From Parasitella parasitica NRRL 2501 (Eukaryota; Fungi; Mucoromycota): 64,000 nt of DNA. Shown here one piece after another: positions 37,124-51,102 of the stretch. Under the pieces are notes generated by a model. The model did no database searches and was not told where the DNA came from. It saw only the letters and a program-made list of their open reading frames with translations. Position 1 is the first letter of the stretch; each line of letters starts with the position of its first letter. The stretch covers positions 288,153-352,152 of the forward strand of contig MU619252.1 of the NCBI GenBank assembly GCA_025201805.1, in the 5' to 3' direction. Made by a program: the position numbers and the translations under genes.

Positions 37124-39672
37124 ATGGAAATTTGCCCTGTAAACACCTTTGTATGTTTGGTTAAACCGCATGCTCCACTTGATCAAAGCAATAGCCAACA
37201 AATAACACTAAATCCCAGTGATAAAGAGCTCAAACTGATACTGGATGGTAACCTAGTTGATTTCGACCTTTTTTTTTTTTTTTATTAATGTGTGTGTTTT
37301 GATTTATGATAGATCCTGAACAAGAGTAAGCACTTGTTTTAATCCTAATGATGAGTACGACGGTTAATTTAAAATAGACGTTCATGGGACGTATCATATA
37401 ACAACTCACCAGAAAACAAAGACGCTTTCATTGCAGAAACAAAACAGTTGACAGATCTAGTTCTTAAAGGTAGGCAACACTGCACAATAGAGCAGAAAAC
37501 GACAGTATAAATTAATGCAATAAAAACAAGGATACAACGTTTCTACGCTTTCAATGAGTCAAGGGTAAGTTTCTTTCCCACTTCAACAAGACATGCAGAC
37601 ATGTACTGATCCATACGCGCCACACACATTTATTTCACGTAGAGAACGCAAAAGTACACATTATGAGCGTCAAAAAGATTTACAAACGACAATCGGTCTA
37701 TTGAAAGAAGCAGTTAAAAAATCAAAAATGTCAGTTCGATACGAGTTTGCATATGTAGGACTAGACGATGCCTTCACCTTTGATTTTTTGGAAGGAAAAG
37801 AGCGACCGAGTAAAGTAGCAAAATTGTAGCGCTTGGAAAATCAGGCATTGATCGTACTTTAATACAGATGAAGAGATAATCGAGTCAGGGCTGGAGTCGC
37901 TTATGAAAGAAGCAAATGATTTAAATTGCGTTTGGGATGCAACAAAGGGAGGATCCAAGATACCCTACGTTTTGAGTATCAAGATAACAGATCTGAATAC
38001 CTTAAAACAGGGTCGTTTTCAATTGATTGATTTAATTATTCCTCCCTTTTCTTTTCGTTCGCTAAAGACGGGCGAAACCTTATATCAATCACTGCACGAT
38101 CTTGGTATGGAAAAAAAAAAAAGACCCACCTGGCGAGTTTACTGGATCTTTATGCTAACTTACACAAAAAAAAAAAAAAAAAAACTAGTAAGCTTGGTCA
38201 AGACGTTGTCAGAACCTTATCGCGGACACTTGCCGTCTGATGCGAATGTCCTCACTAATATATTATCACATGGCATATGCGGTCATGAAAAGCTCAATGT
38301 ATTTTTGTATCTCAATGTAAGTAAAGAGCATTTCATGTTGATCAACCTAGTAATTGAAGCAATCATCTAGGACCGTATAATGCATCAAAAATGCCAAGAT
38401 ACAGTAGCACTTTTAGACTTTGCAGCAACGCTAAAGCATATACCTGTCCACACATTACCTAGTATTTCCGTATTCCAAGCAAAAGAGTACAAAAGACTTG
38501 CACGTGAGGTAAACGAAATGTATACATTTTGAGAGAGAAAAAAAAAAAAAAAAAGACGCTTATATGGCATCCTATTTAGGCTCATGAACTATCAACATCC
38601 TTCGAGTCTGAATTGATCAGGAAAAATAAAGAAGTTGACTTTTTGATAGGTCTTCGGAAAGTGAGAGAAAAGCAGATAGCGTATCTGGAAGCCGCCCACG
38701 ATGAACTAAGAAATGGACCCAACTTGGAACTTGATAAACTTCAATATGCATTAGATTTACAAAAAAACGAATACAAAGATCTGTTATTTCAGCACCGTCT
38801 TTTGGAAGTCGAATGCGAGAGATACATGGAAAGCGAAAAACCAAGGCTTGAGGACGCCTTGAAGGTGTCGCATTTAAAGATAAATACCTTGCAGCAAGAA
38901 ATAAGCCAGTCCGAGCACACCCTGCAAGAATCAGATCAAAGAGTCAAACAATTGGAACAAGCTTTAGAAGAATCAGATCAAAAATGTCGACAACTGCAAC
39001 AAGCCTTGGATAGATCGAGCAGCAGATCTCGAGAATTGGAACAACTATCCGAAGAATCGAAAAAAAGACTTGAGCAACTGGAAAAAGACAAGAATGAGCC
39101 TAGTGAGGGACCTCAGCATCTGCAACAGGCTTTAGATGAATCGGATCGACAATGCAAGCAGCTTGCCGCTCAGATTCAGAGACTGGAAGAACAAAATGAG
39201 AGGGATTTGGAAGAGCGAGTGAAAATTGCTACCAAAGAACTGGAGAAGGATATACAAGCAAGGCTAAAGAAGGAGTACGATTCCAAGAAGGACCGCAAAT
39301 ATCAAGTTCTTTTTACTGATTACAAGTCAAAGCTGGAGAGCATTAAAAAGTCTTACAAAGACAAGATCGAAATGATGAAACAGCACCATCAAAACGACAT
39401 GGAGCTTATTAGGGTAAACAGGATGTGTGCTCTAGTTACGTAGATTTAACTTTTGCTGTGGATAGGAAGTAGAGCAGGCAAATCAAGCAAAAGAGACTGA
39501 GCAACTTCGGTTAGACTTGGAAGGATTCAAAGAAAAATCCATAGAATTAACAGTGAGTACATACAACCGGGCTTGTAAATGTGCAGTTCCTTTCTTACTA
39601 ATCAACTAATGATAGAAAACTGTGCGCGAACTTAAAGTGTCGCTGAAAAAGCGAAAAACAGCTCAGGATTGA
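37124..39672 (+). CDS. Kinesin-like protein with degenerate motor domain plus long coiled coil, multi-exon
   Basis: Kinesin-fold remnants in the expected order: GYNVSTLSMSQGERKST, GRFQLIDL, YQSLHDL, VLTNILSHGICGHEK and DTVALLDFAATLKHI. Heptad-rich region at 38613-39670. Confidence 0.65.
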
Positions 39673-40131
39673 ACTAGGACATACAACCCACCCTAATACA
39701 TTAAAGCAGTATAGAATATTTTTAGCTGTTTGTGTTTAGTCTTGTTTCTACATCCATCAAGCCAATAATCACCAAATAAACGCCAAAGCAGTGTTGATGA
39801 AAAAGTGGGGTTTGCTGCTGTTGATGTTCATGTTGTTGCTATTAATGTAATTACTGTGGAAATTGCAGCTCGTCTTGTCGTTGTAGTGCTTGTTGCTGCA
39901 TTACAGATTTTTCTAATCTTGACAAAAAAGCTTTGTACGGTATAAATAACATTAAGCCATTTTCAATGCAGTATGGCACCCTTTACGATTGATAAGCTTG
40001 ATTTTATTTTATGAAATATAAACATCGCCGAGAAAAATAAAGAGTGAAAAAGAAACTATATTACAGCTTTCATGCTTTAAGAAAAAAAAAAAAAAAAAAA
40101 GGTATAACTCAAGGGTTAGCTTGCTGTTTGC

Positions 40132-42474
40132 TTAATTTTGATTGATGGACCTGTGATAGAATGAAAGATTAGTTAAATCAATTGGTCGGGTATTTTTGAT
40201 TACTATTTACCTAGAAACACTTTCAAACAAACGTTCAATGTCTGTCGCGCAGCGAGTGAAGGAGTGGCTCCAGAAGCTATAACGCGGGTTCTTGATCAAT
40301 TCAATAAAAGTAATTAGCAATCCCCAAGGATGAGGTCTATTTACGATTAAGCGCTCTAAGAGTACGCGAGTGATTTGTTCCTTGGCAATTTCCTTTTTGC
40401 TTTCAACAAAAAGGTACAGCAGCACACAGCTGAAATAATGAGTATGGCTATTAGGATAACGCAACTGGTTTGCAATGGCACTCAAGAACAAGTAGCGACC
40501 TAGTGATTGTAACAGAGGTTGTTATTTCTTTCATCTTGTTATAATTTACACATCATTTACCTTCTGAATCTAATTCAGACAACAAGTGTTGGTAGATTTC
40601 TATTGCAGGGCCCTGATGAAAAGTGGTCTTTTTCGATATTGTCTCAGTGCCCAAATAGAATACTACAGCGTTTACCAGAGGGGCGTTATAACTGTTGTTG
40701 TGTTTCAAGAGTCGCATAGGAAGCTCGTCCAAGAAACGGCTTGAAGGTGCTTTTGAAGTTTCCAAGAATTCATCCAAGTCTTTCTTGAGTCCCACATCCT
40801 GAATAATAGCTGTAAAGTCGGATAACACACGAGGGGATTGCTGAATTTCAGTCAATAAATCAATCTTGAGATTAGGTGTGAAAGGGTCAGGCAAGCGCAT
40901 GTTACGAGGGAAAGCGCTAAGAATTAAATTGCGCATCTGAATGCATGTTGGAGGAATCACATTGCAGAAACTGTAGTGATAATCGCAAAGAAACTCGGGA
41001 AAATCATGCAATAAAACAAGCAATACTCGCAGAGTGCCTCTATACAGTAGGCGGGTGGTATCATGAAGTTCTACATTACGTAAATATGGTACAAGGAAGC
41101 AGAATAAGCAAACCAAGAGTCTTTGAAAGGTAGGCCATCCCTATATAAAAAAAAAATCATTGAATCAAATGTAATTTCAATTTTTAGCACGTTGTATGCT
41201 TACCTTCTGGTTTTCAGCCAGTAAAAGCTGAGGCATGAAAAATCTATGAGAAACAAGTTGGAGCCAGGCAAATGTGAAGCCTGTATAATGTGCTGGTTGC
41301 AGAGTGTACAAGGTATTGCTGAATGCAGTTAACAGCGGGATGTATAAAGATTGAATGTGCTGCTCGGCAGAATGGAGGTCTGACAAGAGGCTGGTGAATA
41401 ATCGAAGGAAAGGACGTTGATCGAAATGCTGGCCACGGACTTCATGATGCTGCGATATATAAAGCACAGCGACAGACAGCGCATTTGTAAGGTATGCCAG
41501 CGGATCAGTTGGGACGCCATCAGAGGGAGGAATGCGGATGAAACACGACACCAATCTAGAAAATGCATCGATTGGCTGGTATGCTAAGCTAGATGGTTGC
41601 CCAGGCAACATTTTGGATTTGATGGCATGCTCCACCGATACCTCGATACAGACACGGTAAAACAAAAAGAGCATGTTATCAATCTTGAATATGTTTTGCT
41701 GCGCTAATTGTGTTGCAAATGCAATCATAGTCTTTTCAGTTGTTGCGGGATGTTGATACTGTCTTACCCATTCAGCGAAAAAAAATTGAAACTGTTCGTA
41801 AAGTGCTGCGTCTTTGCTGTTTTCCAGAGGCTGGTTTTCCTGCATGTGTTGCTGACGAGGTCCAGGTGGTTGTTGTATGTCTTCCATTAAGGCTAAAACA
41901 GACTCTGAAAGCTGATGGCTATTCAAGTTGCCCAATGCTTCCAACGAGGATATGAATTCATGACGACCCGCCAAAGGATATTCGCCAAACAGACAAGCAC
42001 TAATCAATTTTGCAGTAAATTCAATCGCACTTGCGCGTCCATTGTTGATCAAAACAGACAGTTCCTGGTCTTGCTCTGGGAGATTGATCAGTCCAGCTTT
42101 AATGAGTGCAACTGTCACAGGCACATTATATTTGCGTTCATCATCTGCGTGCGTGAGCCAGGATGTGACCAAAGTGCCAACATTGGGAGACACCTCGCAT
42201 AAATGTTCCAAAATGACAACGTATGCCTCAATCGTCAGCTGCCTTTCACTCTTGTACAGTAACTGTACAATCCTTTGGGCAAATGTCCTTGCGGCGTCGG
42301 CTTTATCAAAGCTGGAGAGAGCAAGCATGGGCACCTGTCGCATTAATGTGCGGATATCACTGTGTTGTGGAAGTGCATTTACGGTATTGACATTAGTTTG
42401 ACTAGTCATCTTTTCAAGTTCAGTGATGCAATGAGCAAATCGCTCCAAAATGGCATGTGCGCCAGTTTGAGGTA

Positions 42475-42512
<38 letters not shown>

Positions 42513-45103
42513 GCTGGATTGCTCATTAAATTATTGTCGAAGGCAGTAGAGATTGAGGAGGAGGAATCACTGATGCCATAACTATCATAAGTAAGGCTGG
42601 GGTCTAGACGCGTTAAAGTACGATCCGTCATAGGCGTAGTAGGAGCGGGAGCGGGAGGAGGAGTAGGAGTAGGAATCGGCATGGTTGAAGGCGCTACTCG
42701 TGGAATCCGCATAAAGTCTTCATAAACACTTTGTTGAGAAGGCTGTAACCCACCTGGTTTGGGGCGAAGAAGCGGAGGAAGCGTATTTGGGAACCCAGAC
42801 ATTTGGTATGTATCCATGTCGACATACGGCTGATTTGGTCGCATTTCTCGATGTTTCTTACGATTTGCAAACGCCATGGACAAAACCTCATCTATCTCCA
42901 CTGTAGCCCTTTCCATGGCAGCCTTTTCAATTACTGCACACATTAGCTCTAAATTGTCTGCTACTGTTAGGATGATAGCCTGCTCAGCCACGCCCTGTTT
43001 TTATATTTATTAGTGAATGCATCTATTGTAATAACCCCCCCCCCCTCCTCCTCCTCCTCCTCCCCATCTTCTCCTCCACTTACTTCATTCATGCCATGTG
43101 CTAAAAAGACGGTTCTCAAGTTGGCAATGATGCTTAGTCTCAAGGGCTCTTTACTGGTAACCATGGCCAAACTTGCAGCCAAGTTTTGAGACATCATATG
43201 AGCAGCCTTTCTCATTTTATTTTCATCCGTTTCCATGACAAAATCTTTTGATACGAGGTCGCGAGTGGATACTACAGCAATGGCGACAGCGCGTTCGACT
43301 ACAGGGCCCATAATTTCGCGTATGGACTCTGTGAACGCTTGAAGCACCAAGCGTCTTGCAGCAGGTTGGCTGGTGTACAGCGCAATTTGAGGGTTGAATG
43401 CGATATAGGGGGCAAGGTTAGGAACAGGAATAGAGATTTCTGGCACGTCAGGCTGTTCTTCAACATCAGCATTTTGCAGTAGAGGATTTCCTCCAGCAGC
43501 AGCTCTTCCCGGATATCCGGCGCCATAAGGCACAAATGTGTTTCTTGATGGCTGATTTTGAGGTTGTCTACGTTTCAATACTGAAGTGGGCGTAATGTCT
43601 ATTGAGAAAGGAAAGTATATGGGCACTCCCATTCTCTTCTCGAGGGGGGGGGGGTTGTTGTTGTCTTACCTTTCAAGTCCAAGGATAGGCTTTTGCATAA
43701 AACTTCGATTTCAAACTTCAAATTGAGTTTAAGCTCTGCAAACTCGTATAATTCTACCAATAATTTGAGAATAGCAGTTAACCATGGATTGGGAGGTTTA
43801 AAAACCTTGCTGCGACTACATTGCTCGAGCACTTTGCACACGAATGGAATGACAACTATCAATCGTTGCGTATCATAGCCTTCCAATAAAAGATCCTAGC
43901 TCATAGCGATTAAAAACCTAGTCCATTCTGCCTCTCTCTCTTTCCCGTCAACCAACCTTGAATGCAATGTGTTTATGTAAGATGGGCTTATTCTTTGCCA
44001 ATGTCATTTTACCTAGCCAAGAACCTAGATTCTTCAACAATGATCGCTCTGACGAATTGGACACAGTTTTTTCCGAATTCAACAGAATGGAGATATTGAC
44101 ACAAGTTTCACAGAGGACATGTTCATCGAGAAGCTTTGAGTTTACGGAATCCAGAACCATAACATAGAGGTCGTGGTAATTGGGCTCTGATGAGATTCTC
44201 TTGACCACCAAGTAATTACTGAACCATTTAAACGAAGGAGGTTTCAAGATCTGCACTAAATCCGCAACTTTGCTATCGATATTGTTCTGTGCAACATTAT
44301 TGATGATGAACAGAATCTTGTCTTGCACTGTGTCAGCAGGCTCGGCATACACAAGGTCGGCGGTATTTGCAACATGGGGCACATGGATGCTGCCAAAAGG
44401 CTCAAGTATGGCCTTGTCACTGTTGTTGTTTGCGTTCGGGTCCAAATCCTCACCTGGCTTTACTTGGGCTCCTTGTTGATTTGATGCAGACTGAATAAAT
44501 GCGACCAGATCAGGCTGCGATTGCATCAGATCAGGGACTTGTAGCAGGTGAGAGCAGTATTGCGGCCATTCTTTCAACCGATTTTGAAATTGTCGTAACG
44601 CTTGCACGCCAAAGTTGAACATCTTGGACCCCATTGGGTTGCGAAGTGCGTCCAAAACGTAGCGCAAAGCAACGCCCAAAGGAACAAACGACACCAGTCG
44701 ATGCTGAATCAGAGAGCCAAACAGAATGCTAGTGATGGACAGTTCCTTGTCTGGGTATTTGGGAAAGAAAGAATACTCATCAAACAAGTTGTGGATCATG
44801 CAGGCAAAGACATCCTGGTCTCGAGGTTGTTTAGAGACACAGAGTCTCTTGAGCAGTTCAATCACCGCGTCAGTCGTAAGCTCTCCATTGTATACTCGTT
44901 CATAGTACAGGTTCGCTTCTTCCTCGACGTCTTGTTTGAATGAGACTTCAGATCCAGTTGATCCAGGAGCTGCCAGAGTGCGGACGTTCATCAGTTTGGG
45001 AAATGCCTGAAGACAGCGGTTCTGCATTTCCTTTGTCCTGTTGATCAATGTGGGAGATATGGGACTATCAGCTGTGTTTAGTACTAGCGCATAAACAGTG
45101 CTC

Positions 45104-45173
<70 letters not shown>

Positions 45174-46510
45174 TACCTTTCTGACAGCACTCTGAGAAAC
45201 GTACTCATGGCTTCCAAAGACAAACGGATGGGCAAATGCTGCTGTGACATGTCTTGGCCTTGCGCATCAATCAACACTTTTTGGTTCAGGTAGAGTAGAC
45301 ATTGGTTTGCAAAAACTTCCTTCTGCTCCAGGTTCTGCAATTTTTCCTGCAACCAGGATTCCAAATTCATCAATTTCTGATTGTCGGCTAGTGATGCCAA
45401 ATCCAAAGCTAAATAAGGTGGAAGCGAATCTAGGATATTCGGCAGACCCTATTTAGAAACTTTATCAGTATCACGAACCCTGCCGGGAAAAAAAAAAAAA
45501 TCATGCTAAAATGGTTTACGTCTATTTCTTTTGTCAGTTCTAAAATTTGTGCGACAGAGGCAGGATTGTTGTTGTACATTTCGATTATGCTTTGCTTGAA
45601 CTGCAGATCATCGTCACTACCAAGTCTTGTGCCATTTTTCATCTTTCGATCGACCAGTCTCTGCAGCTGGTCTACCATTGATTTCTCAGAGGCTTTGTCT
45701 GAAGCAGCTGCGATGAGGCGCTGAAGCTTTTCATAGTCAAACTGATATGAATCGTCGCTCAATGCACGAGAAATCGAGTCAACAAGGTACTGCACTGCTT
45801 TGTCAGGTATCGAGTCAATTTTCGCAAGTTGAGATATCGCATTCTGTAGATTGGCAGTGAACATGGGTTTAGCTATGGTTTTATGGAGGGGGGGGGGTAG
45901 GGAGCATTAGTATCCTTTATTGCCGTATTCGTTCAATCGCTCACCTTGCTCACTGACTTCAGCCTTCACACCGGAGAATAGACGCAATGTGAAGAACATT
46001 TTGTCGAATGCGTCGAGTTCAAGGAGGTCGAACAGACGGCAAAGATCAATTTGCGAGGCAACGTCTGATTTTGAAAACTGCTCCAAGGCTGCACTGAAAC
46101 TGAGCATCGTCTCTAGTTGCTTGCTGCCACTGGCAGAAAAGGTTGCATTTTCTTTCAACAGCCGGAAATGAGAGCTTTCGTTGTTGATCAAGTCCAGTTT
46201 GTAAATATCGGAAAGGAGGTAACGAAACAAGTGCTCGCGAATGTCTTCTCCATGCGTTTCGATCAGCTAGTTTCAGCAGAGTCAATAACAATAAGGTTAT
46301 ATAAAAAAAAAAGAAAAGTACAGTATCTGTGAATCTTACATTATGGATTTCTGTAGATTTTCGGGTAAAATTGTCGTTGTTGAGGTTGGATATGAGTAAG
46401 GTTACTTGTGCTTTGACTATGCGAGTCAGGCTTGCTTTCTGAAATTTCGTAGTGGCCCGTTGCTTGAGATTCGGTGTTGAAGCGTTGGATGATTCTGGTT
46501 CGCTGCTCAT
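40132..46510 (-). CDS. NOT1: CCR4-NOT scaffold subunit Not1, multi-exon
   Basis: [92 protein letters not shown] and [11 protein letters not shown]. Confidence 0.96.
45105..45172 (+). repeat. Poly(T)68 homopolymer (poly(A) on the NOT1 sense strand) inside a NOT1 intron
   Basis: Directly visible. The true length may be affected by sequencing or assembly error. Confidence 0.85.
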
Positions 46511-48004
46511 GCTTTAAAACTGATAAGCATGCTGTTGTGCAAGACAAGAAAAGTGTTTGTAATGTATTGAGTGTATCAAACTTTTTATGAAAAGAGGCGT
46601 GTGTTGGTAGTATACAAGTTTTGCCTATTGAATACTAAGGAAAGAAAAAAAAAAATAATAAAAAAGTAATGTATCGAATTAAAATATAGACGGGAGAAAA
46701 AAAGAGAATAGTAGCAGTATGTATAAAGAAGAAGGCTTGCTTAAAGAAAAGAGAATGAGGAAGGGAGAGAATTTCCTAAAAGGAGATATTATGCCTACCC
46801 AGATAGAAGAAAAAACGCGTTCAAAAACGTCATCATAGGGCAAACCCCGATGCACATTGGAACGTACAAGGAAGTTGGAGAGTTGCCCAATATGCTGCCA
46901 TGTACAGTGCTGTAGAGGACGATGCTGCCAACTTTGATTGGGATGTTGTCTATATCGACTTTTTTTCATAATTTTTTTTTGCTGTTATCGTCAGATATAA
47001 AGGTTAAGTAAATTGAGCATCTAATTAATTGGATTTTTCTCTTTTGTTCATTCTCTCTATCCATCAAACTGCCATCGCCAGATTCCAATATTGAAAACAT
47101 CTCAACTTTCAGTCTACTTCAGCTTAAGCCGGACCTTAAATTTATTCGGATTTATTTTCCCAAAATCAACCAAAATCCAGAAAAGAGATTAATGTTGCCC
47201 ATCTTTTGGGGATTTCCAACTTGTTTTATCAACAATTACAAAGTTACAAAATACTTTCTAATAGAATGGGTTGCGCTCTGTATTTTGGTGCAACTTGTAT
47301 CTATCAAAATAATGATTTGATTGAATAAAAACTCTTTAATGGAAAAATGGTTTTTTTTGCTTTTAGTCATATACTTTTATATTCGACATCTTTATTTAAA
47401 GCTTTATAACAATTTATGTTGTCCTTAGATTGTTTTTTACTCGCACATAGTTGGTGTTTAAAGGTAGTCTTTGACATGAAAAACCGAATTTTCGCAAAAT
47501 CATCGATTTTCATGAGGGTCTGTAAGGGCTTAAGACGGCCGGGAAATTGCCAATAAAAAAAAGCTGAATTTTAATATATTTGCTGCTTGAACCAATAAAA
47601 TTTGGAGGGTTTCGTCAAAAAAAAAAAGTTTACAAATCATCAAATCCATTATGAGAGAAGCATACGACAATAATAAAGTGTTGAGTATCTTTCTCAAAAT
47701 GTGTGCGGCAGTAGATTTTTCCTACATACCTTTTGTTGATTTTGAGCATAAAATCAAATGTGCTCCTCCACAGTCAGGATGTGCACTATACCCCCAATCT
47801 ATCCTGTTATACTTCATCTATCCACAAGTCAAAACCAATCCAGCTAACTATAGTCGTTTTCTTTTTCAGAACTATATGCCGAATCCTGTTTCATACCATC
47901 TTTATATACTCTTTTTGTTTATTTTTTTTTGCTTTACAAATCAAGTTATGTTCCTTGTCAGTTCAAGTTATAGTCGAAGAGGCATCAAAGCAGGTTACTT
48001 GGCT

Positions 48005-48669
48005 TTACAGATTGCTACTGTTATTTTCGGCATTATGATTAGTGTCAAAATTTAAACTTGAAGATGGAAACATCAAAGGTTGATCGTAGCCTTCAGGAAT
48101 TCGGAAGACATTGTTTACATTGGCAAACTCCAATTCAAGCTGTGAAGCCACTCTGTCAAGATCAGGTGTGTCAATCGACATGGCAGCACTGTAATAGGGC
48201 AATGTCCAGTCAGCAAGACCATTTGTTGTTGCGGGTAATCCTGTTTGTAGGTTTGCAAACTGTTGCGTTTGAAAATGCTGCAAATGCTGTTGTTGCTGTT
48301 GCTGTTGTTGCTGTTGTTGCTGTTGTTGCTGTTGCTGTTGTTGTTGCTGCTGCTGCTGCTGCTGCTGATGCTGATGCTGTTGCAGCTTTTGCATTTGTTG
48401 CTGCATTTGCTGTTCTTGCTGTTCTTGCTGTTCTTGCTGTGATTGCAGCTGCTGTTGATGTTGCTGAATTTGCTGCTGCATTTGCTGCTGCTTTTGATTC
48501 AGTTGGGACGAATTGTTTGCGGCCTTTTTATCTTCTAGTTGCCGTCTCAGGACATTGGTGTGGATGGCATATAAATCACGAATCATAAAGTACAATTTGT
48601 CTGCCATGGCCCATAAATTACGAGCAGCCTACAATGTGTACTGTCAGAACAACGCATTCATGCATCGAC

Positions 48670-48706
<37 letters not shown>

Positions 48707-50837
48707 AGATTTTTTTTTTTTTTTTTTTTTTACCAATAAAAGTTGGAAATAAACACCTAATGCTTGCTTGGCCTTGTCTGCCTCGTGTGGAGAAGATGAA
48801 AAAGAGGTGCTTACTACGACAGTAGCAACGGTATAGGCAAGATAAGTGATAAAAGGCGGCATTAGCTCCTTGTATTTGCCGATTTGCTTGAGCAAGAGCG
48901 TAACATTATCCACTGCAGTCATGCATTTTTGTACACTTTCTTGCACAAATGCCTTTATCTCGGGCTGCACAGCATTTTGGTCAATGCTGTCAGCAATTAC
49001 CAACGAAGGCCTGTGTAACAATACTATCAAAGTATTATACAGGACATGTAACTAAAGGCGTTTGTATACACACATATATAATATATACATATTTAAATCA
49101 CATTGCCAAAGCACAAATCATAGGTTTTTTTTGTTTTTTTTTTGTTTCAGCAACTTACCAGTATAAACTGTCTGCTATTCTTATGATGGCTCACTTCTTT
49201 ATACTTTTCAAAGTTTGCTGGAGTGTTTTTAAGGTGCATTGGCAGTTGCTCGTACCATTCAGCAATGGCACGATCCAGCTTGGAAAATTCAGAGTCTGGG
49301 TGGCACGGAGGTACAAGGTTGTGTTGATCTTTGGCCTTGGAGTTTATAAACGCAGTAACTCTGCCAAGCAAACTTGTAGCACGGATTAGATAGGCAAAAC
49401 AGTTTAAAGGAGGTCTGGTACGACAGCCGCGCGTAAGACCAGGAGAGGAGGGCGATGATGTCGATAAAAACGAACGAGGATCATCATCATTCGTGCTATT
49501 ACAGCCACTCAGCAGAGTAGAATCCAGCAGTTGACTTTCCTTCAATCCATTGATGTTCAAGAGAACGAAACGGTTATTATCCAAGGTTTCCGTGTAGTAC
49601 TGATCGCTGCTCAAATCGTCCATTTTGGCAGGCAAGAAGGCTGTGCAGAACGCATCTTGCAAGCTAGATGGCCGCCCGGTAGCAGCACTAGAGAATTTAT
49701 CGATGGAGTAGATGGTCCAGAATAGTCTACGACGAGTTTCCTGCTGTATTAATTTCTCCAGTGTGTGGTTATCATTACCGTTTTCATCCTCATCCAAATC
49801 TTCATGGAGACCCAACTCCATGGCCATGCGGATAGCCATGCCTCCATACATCCAACTCCTTGGTCCTCTACCGCAGCCATATTCATGAAGACAGAGTAAG
49901 GTCAGTCCCTGGAGACTGGATATAGACGGGTCGTCGACGGCCTTCAAAATCAACCCTCTGGCTTTCTCAGCGTACTTTTCGCCAGCATGCCAAGCAGGAG
50001 TTTCTTTTATATCAGGGCGGTCAGAAAACCTTTTTTTTTTTGGGGGGGGGGAGGGAGAAGCAAAGCGATTAATAAGTTTGCAATGAGGGATGACATCCGT
50101 AAAATAGGTACCTAGCACAAGCAGCAAACAATGACAATAGCAAGAAATCCGAGCATTTACGATCTCTAATGTCGGTTCGCAAGGTGATTTCGTCAAAGAT
50201 GGGGGTGCCCGAGAAAAGATACTTGAAATAAAGGTCGACCATATGCTCAATGACATCCATGGGTAACGTATCGTTGCAATTGTCTTGGGTTAAAGACTGT
50301 GGATAAAGTCGGGATTGAGGCTGTTGAGGTTGAGGCTGATGTTGGTGCTGCTGATGCTGGTAATGATTCAACATATGTGCAGGAGGAGAAGGGAAATTAG
50401 ACGAAATGCTCGAGAAAGAAGTTGGAGATGCAGCGTCGTGGAGCGTATCCTCACTCGAGCGTTTGCTGGCACATTTATTCCGCATGCTGTTAGTATTGTT
50501 GGGTATGTTTTTACTGACTTCCTCGACCAAGTCTTCCTCAGGCTTTACATCTGCTACTTGCTCATTCTCTTCGCCGTCCGATGATGTCGTCGTGGAAACC
50601 AGATTTTCTGTCTTTCTAGAATCAGACAGTAAAATTTGCTCCATCTTGGCAAGTCGTTGCTCAAGCATCTCGATATACCCTTGACGAGGGCCTCGCTTCT
50701 TGCTACTCGAGCTGTATATACATGTGTTGTTCAGCCTTGTGCAGTTGCCACATGTCGGTTTGCCGCCATCGCATTTTATCTACATGATAGCATCAAGGTG
50801 TATTAGAGAAAAATTGCTGCGGTAACGNNNNNNNNNN

Positions 50838-50868
<31 letters not shown>

Positions 50869-50963
50869 AGACAATGTACTTTTTTCCTTCGACATAGCTC
50901 ACAAGCTTGGGTTAACCGCTTTCTTTTGTTTTCATTTTCCCGGGTGTTATTTGTCGAAGCCAT
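48005..50963 (-). CDS. Zn(II)2Cys6 fungal transcription factor with Fungal_trans domain and C-terminal polyQ
   Basis: KRKRLTQACELCRRKK|IKCDGGKPTCGNCTRLNNTCIY, SWMYGGMAIRMAMELGLH and ETRRRLFWTIYSID. PolyQ at ~48287-48490. Confidence 0.92.
48287..48490 (-). repeat. CAA/CAG polyglutamine-coding repeat
   Basis: (TGC/TGT/TTG)n on the + strand, encoding a run of more than 20 uninterrupted Q plus Q-rich flanks. Confidence 0.9.
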
Positions 50964-51102
50964 CTAAATTATATGATCATAAAACGGTAAATTTGCTCAG
51001 CGCATAATTTACAGGAGAAAGAGCTTTATTATACAATAGGTATCTGTTGCGATCTTCTATCATCACTTTTATGTAGTACATCTCCTTTGAACCAGCGAGT
51101 CA

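Noticed and set aside
47122-47534. CTTAAGCC...GGCTTAAG as termini of a TTAA-type element
   Set aside because: The inverted match is only ~8 bp in AT-rich DNA, which is insufficient support.
48058-48588. Ala/Val-rich 176-aa ORF on the + strand
   Set aside because: It is the antisense shadow of the polyQ region of the Zn2Cys6 gene.
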